A stretch of DNA of 64,000 nt from Candidatus Omnitrophota bacterium. GTDB taxonomy: Bacteria; Omnitrophota; Gorgyraeia; Pluralincolimonadales; Pluralincolimonadaceae. The translations under genes were made by a program, and so were the position numbers. Numbering within the stretch: the first letter of the stretch is position 1; each line of letters begins with the position of its first letter. The notes under the pieces were generated by a model. That model was not told the origin of the DNA. It was given only the letters and a program-made list of their open reading frames with translations, and searched no databases. Positions 22,744 through 31,462 of this stretch are shown piece after piece. The stretch is from contig PLNR01000005.1 of assembly GCA_003141835.1 (NCBI GenBank), forward strand, positions 190,289-254,288, written 5' to 3'.

Positions 22744-23244
22744 ATGGATATCCGCGAAAGGGCAGCCGGGATAAAGCTGCTTATCCTGGACGTCGACGGC
22801 GTGATGACCGACGGCAGGATAATATACGACAACTACGGCGACGAATTCAAGGCGTTCGACGTGCAGGACGGATACGGCCTCACGCTGTGGTGGAGGGCCG
22901 GCTTGAAGTCCGCTATCGTGACCGCCAAGAAATCCCGCATAGTCTCCCGCAGGGGCAAGACCTGCCATATCACCAAGGTCTTCATGAACGCGAAAGACAA
23001 AGGCGCGGTCTATGAAAAACTCCTTAAGATCTTCAAGATCACCGACGCAGAGGCGTGCTTCATCGGTGACGACCTCATAGACATGCCCATTATGAAGCGC
23101 GCCGGCCTCGCCGTTGCTGTCCCGTACAGCCGGCCCGAGGTCAAAGCAGCCGCGCATTACGTCACCCAGGCCGGAAGCGGCCGCGGCGCGATAAGGGAGC
23201 TCATAGAGCTCATCCTCAAGACCCAGGGTAAGTGGCCGGAATAA
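22744..23244 (+). CDS. kdsC: 3-deoxy-D-manno-octulosonate 8-phosphate phosphatase
   Basis: KLLILDVDGVMTDGRIIY...FDVQDGYGL...GDDLIDMP HAD motifs of KdsC. Confidence 0.85.
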   Translation: MDIRERAAGIKLLILDVDGVMTDGRIIYDNYGDEFKAFDVQDGYGLTLWWRAGLKSAIVTAKKSRIVSRRGKTCHITKVFMNAKDKGAVYEKLLKIFKITDAEACFIGDDLIDMPIMKRAGLAVAVPYSRPEVKAAAHYVTQAGSGRGAIRELIELILKTQGKWPE

Positions 23245-23262
23245 GCTTCCTCCCAAAATACG

Positions 23263-23291
23263 TTGACAAAAAAATTCCACTCACGTATACT
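23263..23291 (+). promoter_or_regulatory. Sigma-70-type promoter with perfect consensus hexamers TTGACA-N17-TATACT upstream of the pilus/T2SS-like operon
   Basis: ttgaca at 23263-23268, 17-nt spacer, tatact at 23286-23291; AAGGAG RBS at 23348-23353 before the ATG at 23359. Confidence 0.6.
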
Positions 23292-23358
23292 ATTTAATTG
23301 GAACGAGTTAGCAATTTAAAAAGTCGTAAAAAAGCAGCCCTTCTTACAAGGAGTGTTG

Positions 23359-25056
23359 ATGCCGAAGGGAGAGAAGAAGTCTCTTGGCGAAGCCCTGGTA
23401 GAACGCGGCCTTGTTACTCCCGAAAAACTCAAGAAGGCGAAGGATGAGGCCGACAGGGCAAAAGAGCCGCTTCGCCGCGTCCTGATAAGGCTGGGCATGG
23501 TCGAAGAGGGTGCGATCATATCCTTTTTCGAGCAGCAGCTCGGCATCCCGCGCATAGATTTTTCGAATTATCTCCTGGATCCCAAAGTCGTCGATATCCT
23601 GCCCGAGAATTTCTGCAGAAAGAACATGATCATCCCGGTATTCAAGATAGGCGGGACGCTGACCATCGCCATGGTGGACCCGCTGGATATCTTTGTCCTC
23701 GACGAGGTCCGCCTTAAGACCAAATGCGAAGTAGAGCCGGTCGTTGTCCATGAGAGGGACCTCATCAGGATCTTCGACCAGTATTACGGCGCGCGGGGCA
23801 CGATGGACGACATCGTAAAATCCCTCGATAAGGATAAATTGCAGATAAAAGAGGGCGCAGAGACCGACATCAAGACGCTGCAGGGGCTCGTCGAGGAAGC
23901 GCCGATAGTAAAGCTCGTCAACCTCCTGATAAGCGAGGCGATAAAGGCAGGGGCCTCGGATATACACATAGAACCCGATGAGCTTTCCCTTGGGACGAGA
24001 TACAGGGTGGACGGCGTCCTCCATGAGGTGACTTCCCCGCCGAAGGACCTCCAGTCGGCGATAATTTCAAGGATAAAGATCCTCTCGGGGATGGATATCG
24101 CGGAGAGGAGGGTGCCCCAGGACGGCAGGTTCCAGCTGAAGATCGAGAATCGCCAGATAGACTGCAGGGTTTCCACCATTCCCACCGTTTACGGCGAAAA
24201 TGTGGTCATAAGGCTCCTCGACCTGAACAGCATACTTTTGGGGCTGAGCGACCTCGGTTTCTCCAGCGAGATGCTTCCGGTATATGAGAAACTTATACGC
24301 AAACCTTACGGCATAATCCTCGTCACCGGCCCGACCGGCTCCGGCAAGACGACCACGCTCTACTCCTCGTTAAGCACCATAAATTCACCGGAAAAGAATA
24401 TCGTGACGATAGAGGACCCGATCGAATACAGGCTGAAGCTCGTCCGGCAGATGCAAATAAATACGAAGGCCGGGCTCACCTTCGCGAACGGCCTGCGTTC
24501 CATCCTGCGGCAGGACCCGGATATCATAATGGTCGGCGAGATCCGCGACCTTGACACCGCCGAGATCGCGATACAGGCGGCGCTCACCGGCCACCTCGTG
24601 TTATCCACGCTGCATACCAATGACGCCCCCGGCGCGATCGCGCGCCTCGTGGATATGGGCGTCGAGCCGTTTTTGGTCAGCTCATCGGTCTCGGCCGTCA
24701 TAGCCCAGAGGCTCGTCCGCGTAATATGCAAGGATTGCAGGGAGAACTACGTCCCCTCCGCGAAATTATCGGAGGAGGTGGGCCTGTCATCATCCAAACA
24801 GGTAAAATTTTACCGCGGCAAAGGCTGCGATAATTGCCTGCACACCGGGTATAAGGGGAGGGTCGGCATATTCGAGTTGATGCTGCCCGACGACGTCATA
24901 AGGACGCTTACCGTCGCAAAATCCTCTTCCACCGAGATACGGAAGGCCGCTATCAAGGCCGGGATGAAGACGATGCAGCAGGACGGCATAGAGAAGGTCA
25001 AGGCCGGGATCACGACCTTGGAGGAAGTCTTGCGGGTCACCCAACAGGAAGAATAA
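23359..25056 (+). CDS. gspE: Type II secretion / type IV pilus assembly ATPase (GspE/PilB family) with N-terminal MshEN-like domain
   Basis: Walker A VTGPTGSGKTTT, Asp box, Walker B and tetracysteine CKDC...CDNC; N-terminal LGEALVERGLVTPEKLKKA...RLGMVEEGAIISF resembles the GspE-N/MshEN domain. Confidence 0.9.
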   Translation: MPKGEKKSLGEALVERGLVTPEKLKKAKDEADRAKEPLRRVLIRLGMVEEGAIISFFEQQLGIPRIDFSNYLLDPKVVDILPENFCRKNMIIPVFKIGGTLTIAMVDPLDIFVLDEVRLKTKCEVEPVVVHERDLIRIFDQYYGARGTMDDIVKSLDKDKLQIKEGAETDIKTLQGLVEEAPIVKLVNLLISEAIKAGASDIHIEPDELSLGTRYRVDGVLHEVTSPPKDLQSAIISRIKILSGMDIAERRVPQDGRFQLKIENRQIDCRVSTIPTVYGENVVIRLLDLNSILLGLSDLGFSSEMLPVYEKLIRKPYGIILVTGPTGSGKTTTLYSSLSTINSPEKNIVTIEDPIEYRLKLVRQMQINTKAGLTFANGLRSILRQDPDIIMVGEIRDLDTAEIAIQAALTGHLVLSTLHTNDAPGAIARLVDMGVEPFLVSSSVSAVIAQRLVRVICKDCRENYVPSAKLSEEVGLSSSKQVKFYRGKGCDNCLHTGYKGRVGIFELMLPDDVIRTLTVAKSSSTEIRKAAIKAGMKTMQQDGIEKVKAGITTLEEVLRVTQQEE

Positions 25057-25058
25057 AT

Positions 25059-26273
25059 ATGCCCCTCTATCGCTATAAGGCAAGAGACGGGATGGGAAAA
25101 CTGGTCGAAGGGGTCATGGAGGCCCCGGCCGAACCCGATCTCGTGGAAAAGCTGCGCAAGATGGGATATGTGATAACCGGGGTTTCGGCCGCCTCCGACA
25201 AGTTCTCTATCGGGGAATTCCTAGGCGGGTTCAGCAGCATAAATCCCGAAGACATGATCTTTTTTAATATACAGTTATCGAATATGCTCGATGCGGGATT
25301 ACCTCTTTTAACCTCGCTGCGCACCATCTCAGCGCAGACGGAGAACAGGACGCTGAAGAAATTACTCGAAGACGTCACGTTAAAAGTCGAGACCGGCTCT
25401 TCCCTGTCCGAGGCGCTTATGGCCCACCCGATGACTTTTTCGAGGCTTACGATAAGCATGGTCAAGGCTGGGGAAGCGAGCGGCAACCTGGGCCTTGTAT
25501 TGAAGAGGCTTGCCGATTTCGGCGAGAGCGAACTGGACCTCAGGCAGAAGGTCAGCGGAGCGTTATTATATCCCGCGGTCCTCTCCGTAGCCGCGACAGC
25601 AGTAATATTATTCATAGTGACGTTCATCATACCGAAGTTCGCGGACATATTCGTCAGGGCCAATATCCCGCTCCCGTTTGTCACGCGTATCCTCTTCGGT
25701 GCGGGGATGACGATAAAGGACTACTGGTACATTTTCGTCCTCGGTGCGACGGCATTATTCCTGGCCGCGCGGATATACGTTAATACCCGCGGCGGGCGTT
25801 TCAGGTTCGATGCCCTTAAACTCGCCATCCCGGTGGTCGGGCCGCTCATCCGCAAAGCGTCCATAGCGAAGTTCGCCCGGATGTTGTCCACCCTTTCGGC
25901 CAGCGGCGTGGATATACTCGAATCGTTGGAGATACTTGAGGTGACTATCGGCAATGAGGTCCTGTCGCGCGTGGTCGTGAAAGTGCGCGACGCGGTGCGC
26001 GGCGGCAGCAAGATATCCGAGACGCTGAGAGTGAGTGCGGAGTTCCCTCCGGATACTGTCCAGATGATCGCGGCAGGCGAGGAGACCGGCAACCTTGACG
26101 TCATGTTGAACAAGGTGGCCGATTTTTATGAGGCGGCCGTCGCTTACAATATAAAAAGGCTCACGTCCCTTCTCGAGCCGGCATTTTTGTTGATAATGGG
26201 TTGTGTCGTGGCCGTCATCATGGCTTCGATATTGGTACCGATGTTCGATCTGGTAAAAGTGTTAAGAAGGTGA
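25059..26273 (+). CDS. gspF: Type II secretion system protein F / PilC inner-membrane platform protein
   Basis: 404 aa, two GspF repeats with three TM segments; directly after the ATPase. Confidence 0.85.
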   Translation: MPLYRYKARDGMGKLVEGVMEAPAEPDLVEKLRKMGYVITGVSAASDKFSIGEFLGGFSSINPEDMIFFNIQLSNMLDAGLPLLTSLRTISAQTENRTLKKLLEDVTLKVETGSSLSEALMAHPMTFSRLTISMVKAGEASGNLGLVLKRLADFGESELDLRQKVSGALLYPAVLSVAATAVILFIVTFIIPKFADIFVRANIPLPFVTRILFGAGMTIKDYWYIFVLGATALFLAARIYVNTRGGRFRFDALKLAIPVVGPLIRKASIAKFARMLSTLSASGVDILESLEILEVTIGNEVLSRVVVKVRDAVRGGSKISETLRVSAEFPPDTVQMIAAGEETGNLDVMLNKVADFYEAAVAYNIKRLTSLLEPAFLLIMGCVVAVIMASILVPMFDLVKVLRR

Positions 26274-26350
26274 TGGTTGATGTATATGCATCAACCAGAA
26301 TAGTAGATGTTAGCCATCTACTATGAGTGGTAGATGTTCACCATCTACCA
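26274..26350. promoter_or_regulatory. Three tandem 9-bp-arm palindromes (half-site T[GA]GT[TA]GATG) in the gspF-pilin spacer
   Basis: tggttgatg-tatatg-catcaacca (26274-26297); tagtagatg-ttagc-catctacta (26301-26323); tggtagatg-ttcac-catctacca (26328-26350); centres ~27 bp apart. Confidence 0.6.
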
Positions 26351-26371
26351 TCAACAAAAGGAGGAAGTAAG

Positions 26372-26830
26372 ATGAGGAAGGGGTTTACGCTTGTAGAACT
26401 TCTTATCGTCATCATGGTCATCGCGATATTGATAGGCATCGCGCTGCCGAGGTTCGGGGGTATGCGCGACGAGGGCAACACGACCAAGGCTGCCGCGGAG
26501 TTGAGGACATTGCAGGCCGCGGTCGAGTCGCGGTATATGCACACCAACCCGCATGCTTACCCGGTAGCCGGTGGTACCTGGGAGACAGCGTTGACGTTGA
26601 CGACGGTCGTGCCGCAGATAATCGGCGCTCCCCTGTATGACCCGTTCGGCGCTAACTCGACGACGCAGTACAGATATGCGCTCAACGGCGCATATTATGT
26701 CATATGGTCTCTCGGGCCCAACAGGACGTCCACGATAACCGGCATCAGCGCCACAGGAACGGTGGCCCCGGCCGCTACAGGCGACGACATATTCGTCTCG
26801 AACGGCACGCCTGGTTCGGGAGGTTTTTGA
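26372..26830 (+). CDS. gspG: Major pseudopilin / type IV pilin (GspG-like), prepilin-type N-terminal cleavage/methylation domain
   Basis: MRKGFTLVELLIVIMVIAILIGIALP class III signal; strong RBS AAAGGAGGAAG upstream. Confidence 0.85.
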   Translation: MRKGFTLVELLIVIMVIAILIGIALPRFGGMRDEGNTTKAAAELRTLQAAVESRYMHTNPHAYPVAGGTWETALTLTTVVPQIIGAPLYDPFGANSTTQYRYALNGAYYVIWSLGPNRTSTITGISATGTVAPAATGDDIFVSNGTPGSGGF

Positions 26831-26833
26831 CCT

Positions 26834-27202
26834 TTGTTCAAAGTCGGCGCGCGCGGTTTTACGCTGATAGAGATCCTGATCGTGATCGCTTTTTTTGCGG
26901 CAGGCGCGGTAGTCCTTTTGCAGATATTCAGCATGGGGCTTTACGGCAGCGTCGATAATGAGAATACCATGATAGCTACCGCGCTTGCGCAGGAGAAGAT
27001 GGAAGAGATGCGCAATGAGCCTTATACCTCGATAGTGCCCGAGGTACGCGCGCAGGTCCCGAATTATACCTCCTTTGACAGGGAGATACTGGTCACCGCG
27101 CCGGTATCTAACCTTAAGCAGGTGACGGTCAATATCTACTGGAACGGGAAGACCGGCGACGTGAAGATATCATTGGTTACGTATGTATCGAATATCATTT
27201 AA
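26834..27202 (+). CDS. Minor pseudopilin (GspI/PilV-like), prepilin-type N-terminus; TTG start
   Basis: GFTLIEILIVIAFFAAGAV N-terminal methylation motif; 122 aa. Confidence 0.65.
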   Translation: MFKVGARGFTLIEILIVIAFFAAGAVVLLQIFSMGLYGSVDNENTMIATALAQEKMEEMRNEPYTSIVPEVRAQVPNYTSFDREILVTAPVSNLKQVTVNIYWNGKTGDVKISLVTYVSNII

Positions 27203-27704
27203 GGGCAGGCCGGGTTTTACCGTAGCGGAGCTTATAATCGCTTCGGCGCTCGTATCGGTCTTGATGGGCGCCATACTGATAACTTTCGTTATCGGGCTGA
27301 AGATATGGGGCTCGGAAATGACGAGGACCGCTTTCATAAAAGATATCTCTTATAGCATGCAGGTCATATCTGAGGACCTGAGGCAAGCGACTTCTTTTGT
27401 CCCGGTCACAAACAGGAACAGGATAGGTTTCCTCGCGGATGTCAACGGGGACGGTTCTCCCGAGACTGTCCGGTATAGCGTCGCCGGCGGAAATCTCCTG
27501 CGCACACAAAACGGCACCGCGACGCCTGTCCTGGCAAGGAACGTGCAGGCCATTACGTTCAGGTATTACAGGCCCGACGATAACATTAACCCGATGGGTG
27601 TTGTGAACCGGGCGCAGATAAGGGTCGTCGAGATAGATCTCGTGCTGACGAACGGGAGCGAGTCCATGCAATTCACTACCAGGGTCAGGCCGAGGGGGAT
27701 ATGA
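27183..27704 (+). CDS. Minor pseudopilin (GspJ/PilW-like), prepilin-type N-terminus
   Basis: GFTVAELIIASALVSVLMGAIL motif; 173 aa. Confidence 0.6.
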   Translation: MYRISFKGRPGFTVAELIIASALVSVLMGAILITFVIGLKIWGSEMTRTAFIKDISYSMQVISEDLRQATSFVPVTNRNRIGFLADVNGDGSPETVRYSVAGGNLLRTQNGTATPVLARNVQAITFRYYRPDDNINPMGVVNRAQIRVVEIDLVLTNGSESMQFTTRVRPRGI

Positions 27705-28117
27705 GCAGACGCGGTTTTGTGTTGATAATGACATTTATATTTATGCTGGCCCTTGCGGCCATAGCAATGGTTACGCTCTCGCTCGTCTCATCCAATACGA
27801 GGTTCACGGGATCCCAGCTTGACGGAACAAAGGCGCTATACCTGGCGCAAGCCGGGATTGAAAGCGTATTAAGGAGCGTCCGCGACGGGCACACGCCGCC
27901 GTCACTGCCTCCGGCCATAACGCTCGGGGACGGGACGGTGGAATACCTGTCGGTAGGCTTTCCCGCTCCGAATACATTAAACATAGACCTGCTGGGCAAG
28001 ATCCCGGTTGATTCCTCATCGGGAAAAGAGATAAAAGCGCACGTAGTCGCAGTTTATTCGGACACAGGCAACGGCAAATTTACTACCTGCGCTTCCTGGA
28101 AAGAGAATTACGAATGA
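27701..28117 (+). CDS. Minor pseudopilin (GspK/PilX-like)
   Basis: RRGFVLIMTFIFMLALAAIAMVTLSLVSS...ALYLAQAGIE, typical of the PilX/GspK N-terminus. Confidence 0.55.
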   Translation: MSRRGFVLIMTFIFMLALAAIAMVTLSLVSSNTRFTGSQLDGTKALYLAQAGIESVLRSVRDGHTPPSLPPAITLGDGTVEYLSVGFPAPNTLNIDLLGKIPVDSSSGKEIKAHVVAVYSDTGNGKFTTCASWKENYE

Positions 28118-29553
28118 TGAACTTTAAGAAAAAAGATACCTATATCGGGGTAGATTTCGGTTTCTCTGCGATAAAGGCCGTCGAGATAGAAGCCGGTCCG
28201 GCCGGAGAACTCATTTTAAAGAGGGCGACCCTCGTCCCGAAAGAAGAAGGGGTAAAGAAGGCCGTTGCCGGAATGCCCGTAAGATCGGCCAGGGTCAATG
28301 TCGTCGCAGATTGCCCGGAAGGCTGCCTGCGCTATTTCACGCTCCCGAAGATGTCGGACCGGGAGATACCCGAGGCGGTTAGGTGGCAGGTGAAAGAGAA
28401 GGCATCCCTTCCGCTTGACGAGCTCCTTATGGATTATAAACTGCAGGATATCGTTGAGGCCGGCGTAAGCAAATACAAAGTAAAACTGGCCGTGATGCCG
28501 GCAAAGTCCGTTGACGGCGTCGTAAGGCTCATGGGCGAGGCGGGCATCAGCCCGGTCGCCCTCTTCCCGCCGCCGCTTGCCATAGAAAAACTTTCGGGCC
28601 GCATGGGCCTGAAACGGGACGAGACCGTTGCGATCGTGGATATCGGGAATGACAGTACCGGGATAAATATCATAAAGGGTAACTCCCTTGTTTTTGCAAG
28701 GAAGGTCAATCCGGGCGGCGCGGCGATCACCAAAGACCTTAACCGCCAGGCGGCGGAACGGCTGGTCCGGGAGATCGAGAGGTCATTCCATTACTATGGT
28801 GACGAATCATCCGGTGACAAGGTCAGGTCGCTCATCCTTACAGGAGGCGGCGCGGCGATCAAAGGGCTGGCCGGGTTTTTACAGGAGAACCTCGGTGTCC
28901 CTGCCTCGGAAGGCGATCCTTTTAAGGGGATCACTTTGGAAAAGGGCGCGCTCGCCGATCCGGCATGGCCGGCCGGAGCCTTCGCCAATGCCATAGGCGC
29001 TGCTTTAAGCGAAGGACGGGGGATCAATCTCCTGCCTCCGGAATTGAAACAAAAGACTATACGAATGTTCGAGAAGGCCGCAGTCGAGTCGGTAATAGCG
29101 GCGGTGGCCGTTTCCCTGGTCCTCTCTTTTATCGGCATCAGGATGCAACTCTCCAACTATGATAAGAAGATAGCTTACGCGACGGGAGAACTGACCGCCA
29201 TGAAGCCGCAATTGGAGATAGCTGCCCATTACGAGCGCATGGCCAGGGAGCTCTCCGAAAGGAATGCGTTCGTCTATTCGGTCTCCTCAGGTATCCCGCC
29301 GTGGAAAGAGGTGCTGAAGGAGCTTAGTAACAGGCTCCCGAAATACGCGGTCCTCTCGGGCCTGAAGGCGGACGCGGGTAGTTTAGAGATAAACGGCCAG
29401 GTCACAGGTGACGTAAAGGACCGCGAAAAAGCCCTATCCGGCATCATAAAGTCGCTTGAGGGAGGCATGTTCAAGAACGTGACGCTCGTGAACGCCAAGA
29501 TGGGCGAGGGCACGAATTCAAATACGGAGTTCGATATAAAATGCTCGTTCTGA
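28114..29553 (+). CDS. pilM: PilM-PilN fusion (actin-like ATPase-fold assembly protein fused to a bitopic PilN-like segment)
   Basis: N-terminal ~330 aa PilM/GspL-like (IGVDFGFSAIKAVEIE...), then a TM (VIAAVAVSLVLSFIGI) and a coiled-coil PilN-like C-terminus. Confidence 0.7.
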   Translation: MMNFKKKDTYIGVDFGFSAIKAVEIEAGPAGELILKRATLVPKEEGVKKAVAGMPVRSARVNVVADCPEGCLRYFTLPKMSDREIPEAVRWQVKEKASLPLDELLMDYKLQDIVEAGVSKYKVKLAVMPAKSVDGVVRLMGEAGISPVALFPPPLAIEKLSGRMGLKRDETVAIVDIGNDSTGINIIKGNSLVFARKVNPGGAAITKDLNRQAAERLVREIERSFHYYGDESSGDKVRSLILTGGGAAIKGLAGFLQENLGVPASEGDPFKGITLEKGALADPAWPAGAFANAIGAALSEGRGINLLPPELKQKTIRMFEKAAVESVIAAVAVSLVLSFIGIRMQLSNYDKKIAYATGELTAMKPQLEIAAHYERMARELSERNAFVYSVSSGIPPWKEVLKELSNRLPKYAVLSGLKADAGSLEINGQVTGDVKDREKALSGIIKSLEGGMFKNVTLVNAKMGEGTNSNTEFDIKCSF

Positions 29554-30125
29554 AAAAAATGGGATCTTTTAAGGAGAACAAGGCGGCGATCGTCGTCATC
29601 TCGGGGATCGTCGTATTCATTGTCCTGTTCGCGGTGATCTTCGCCCCGGCGAGGAAGGACCTGGCCGGGAAGAAGGAGATGTACCGGGAACTGGAAGTCC
29701 AGCTTACCGACGGCCGGAATAAACTTTCCGCGGCCAAATCGGACAAGGCCGGTGTCGAGGCGAAAGTCGGGGAGCTGCGCAGGCGGCTTCCTCCGAAGAG
29801 CCCGACGGCGGCGATACTGGAGGAGTTGTCGAAGAAAGGGAAGGGGCTCAATATAGATTTCATTTCGATATCGCCCCAGCCTGCCGAACCGCTCCCGGAC
29901 GTCTCCGCAGCATTCAACTGCAAGGCGCTGCCCATAACCATAAAAATGAAGGCGGCCTATAAGAGCCTCGGGGATTATCTCGGGTCGCTGGATAACCTCG
30001 AGAGCAGTTTTGTGACCGTCCCGGAATTACAGGTCGCAAAAGACGAAAGGACATTCCCGAAACTGACGGTAGATATGAAGGTTTACACGTATATCCTGGA
30101 AGAGGCCGAAAGTGGACAAGAATAA
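29541..30125 (+). CDS. pilO: PilO/GspM-like inner-membrane pilus assembly protein
   Basis: N-terminal TM plus coiled coil plus C-terminal PilO-like domain; position after pilMN. Confidence 0.6.
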   Translation: MLVLKKMGSFKENKAAIVVISGIVVFIVLFAVIFAPARKDLAGKKEMYRELEVQLTDGRNKLSAAKSDKAGVEAKVGELRRRLPPKSPTAAILEELSKKGKGLNIDFISISPQPAEPLPDVSAAFNCKALPITIKMKAAYKSLGDYLGSLDNLESSFVTVPELQVAKDERTFPKLTVDMKVYTYILEEAESGQE

Positions 30126-30525
30126 ACAGCAATTAGCCGTTCTTGGAGTAGTCATCGCGATATTTATTGTCGTCACCGCGATTGCCGTCCTGAAGCCGCG
30201 CGCCAAAATACCGGAACAGGCAAAAGCCGTTCCTGCGGCCGCAGCCCCGGTCCAAAAGCCCGCCCCCCAGAGAGAGCGGATGGTAAGCTCATTCAACTCC
30301 TGGGGCAGGGACCCGTTCGCGACCGGCGGCGGGTCTGCGGAACAGGGCGGACCGGCGTCGCTCAGCGGGATCTTCTGCGACTCCAAGAAAAGCTACTGTA
30401 TAATAGACGGCAAGGTGGCGAAGGTGGGCGACGAGGTCTCGGGATACAAGATATTGGAGATAACGAAGGATACCGTTACCGTCAAGGCCGGTGATGAGAT
30501 AAGGACGCTCAGAATAGGCCATTAA
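30112..30525 (+). CDS. pilP: PilP-like small membrane-anchored protein (Ala/Pro-rich linker plus C-terminal beta domain)
   Basis: TM, AAAAPVQKPAPQ linker, C-terminal IIDGKVAKVGDEVSGYKILEITKDTVTVK pattern resembling the PilP beta-sandwich. Confidence 0.45.
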   Translation: MDKNKQQLAVLGVVIAIFIVVTAIAVLKPRAKIPEQAKAVPAAAAPVQKPAPQRERMVSSFNSWGRDPFATGGGSAEQGGPASLSGIFCDSKKSYCIIDGKVAKVGDEVSGYKILEITKDTVTVKAGDEIRTLRIGH

Positions 30526-30528
30526 AAC

Positions 30529-30557
30529 TTGACTGGGGGCCTATCTTCTGCTATCAT
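30529..30557 (+). promoter_or_regulatory. Candidate promoter TTGACT-N17-TATCAT upstream of lpxL
   Basis: Hexamers at 30529-30534 and 30552-30557; only ~8 nt before the GTG at 30566, so possibly leaderless or the true start lies downstream. Confidence 0.3.
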
Positions 30558-30565
30558 AACGCGTT

Positions 30566-31462
30566 GTGAAGCACAGAATCAGGAGAAGGTATCTTTACTA
30601 CCTTCTTAGGACAGCCAGTTTTATCTCGCTTCTCTTCCCGATAAAAATTAACAAATTTTTAGGCAGGCGGATGGGGGAGTGCGCCTTTTTTTTGGTGCCC
30701 GCCCACAGGAAGAGCGCGATAGAGAACCTAAAGGTAGCGTTCAAAGGAGAGAAGACCGAAGCCGAGATAAGGGCCATCGCCAAGGGGATCTTCCGCAATT
30801 TAGGCGAGAACCTTTTTGAGATATTAAGCGCTTCTAAACTGACCCCTCGGAACATAGACAGGCACGTCAGGATAAGAGGCCTCGATATAGTAGACAAAGC
30901 TCTTTCACAGAAGAGGGGTTTTATCGTCCTTTCGGCGCATTTCGGCAATTGGGAGCTCCTTGCCGGATGGTTCGGCCTCAAGAAATATCCGGTGAATGTC
31001 CTCGCCCGGAGGCTGCGTTACGAAAAATTCGATGATTGGATAAACAGCCTGCGCCGGAAGATGGGCGTCAACGTCGTGATGAGGGACGAGTCGCCCAGGA
31101 CGATCCTTAAGCTGCTGAAGGACGGGCAGTCGATAGCTATCCTTGCCGACCAGGACATCTCCTCCGTCGAGGGGGTTTTTGTGGATTTCTTCGGGCATCC
31201 GGCTTATACGCCGACAGCTCCGGTCATCCTAGCCCTCGCCACGGCCGTGCCGATAATACCGATGTTCATCGTGCGCGAAGGCAACAGCCACACCATATAC
31301 GTCGAGGAGCCGCTCGAGCTCGAGATAACCGGCAACAAAGAGAACGACATAAAAGTAAATACGGAAAAATGGTCTAAGGTCGTCGAATCGTATATACGGA
31401 AGTACCCGTCGCAATGGGTCTGGGTCCATAACAGGTGGAAGACGAAAAATGAAGATAACTAG
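30566..31462 (+). CDS. lpxL: Lipid A biosynthesis (Kdo)2-lipid IVA acyltransferase, LpxL/LpxM family
   Basis: HFGNWELLAGW...LADQD...YPSQWVWVHNRWK LPLAT/LpxL motifs. Confidence 0.8.
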   Translation: MKHRIRRRYLYYLLRTASFISLLFPIKINKFLGRRMGECAFFLVPAHRKSAIENLKVAFKGEKTEAEIRAIAKGIFRNLGENLFEILSASKLTPRNIDRHVRIRGLDIVDKALSQKRGFIVLSAHFGNWELLAGWFGLKKYPVNVLARRLRYEKFDDWINSLRRKMGVNVVMRDESPRTILKLLKDGQSIAILADQDISSVEGVFVDFFGHPAYTPTAPVILALATAVPIIPMFIVREGNSHTIYVEEPLELEITGNKENDIKVNTEKWSKVVESYIRKYPSQWVWVHNRWKTKNEDN

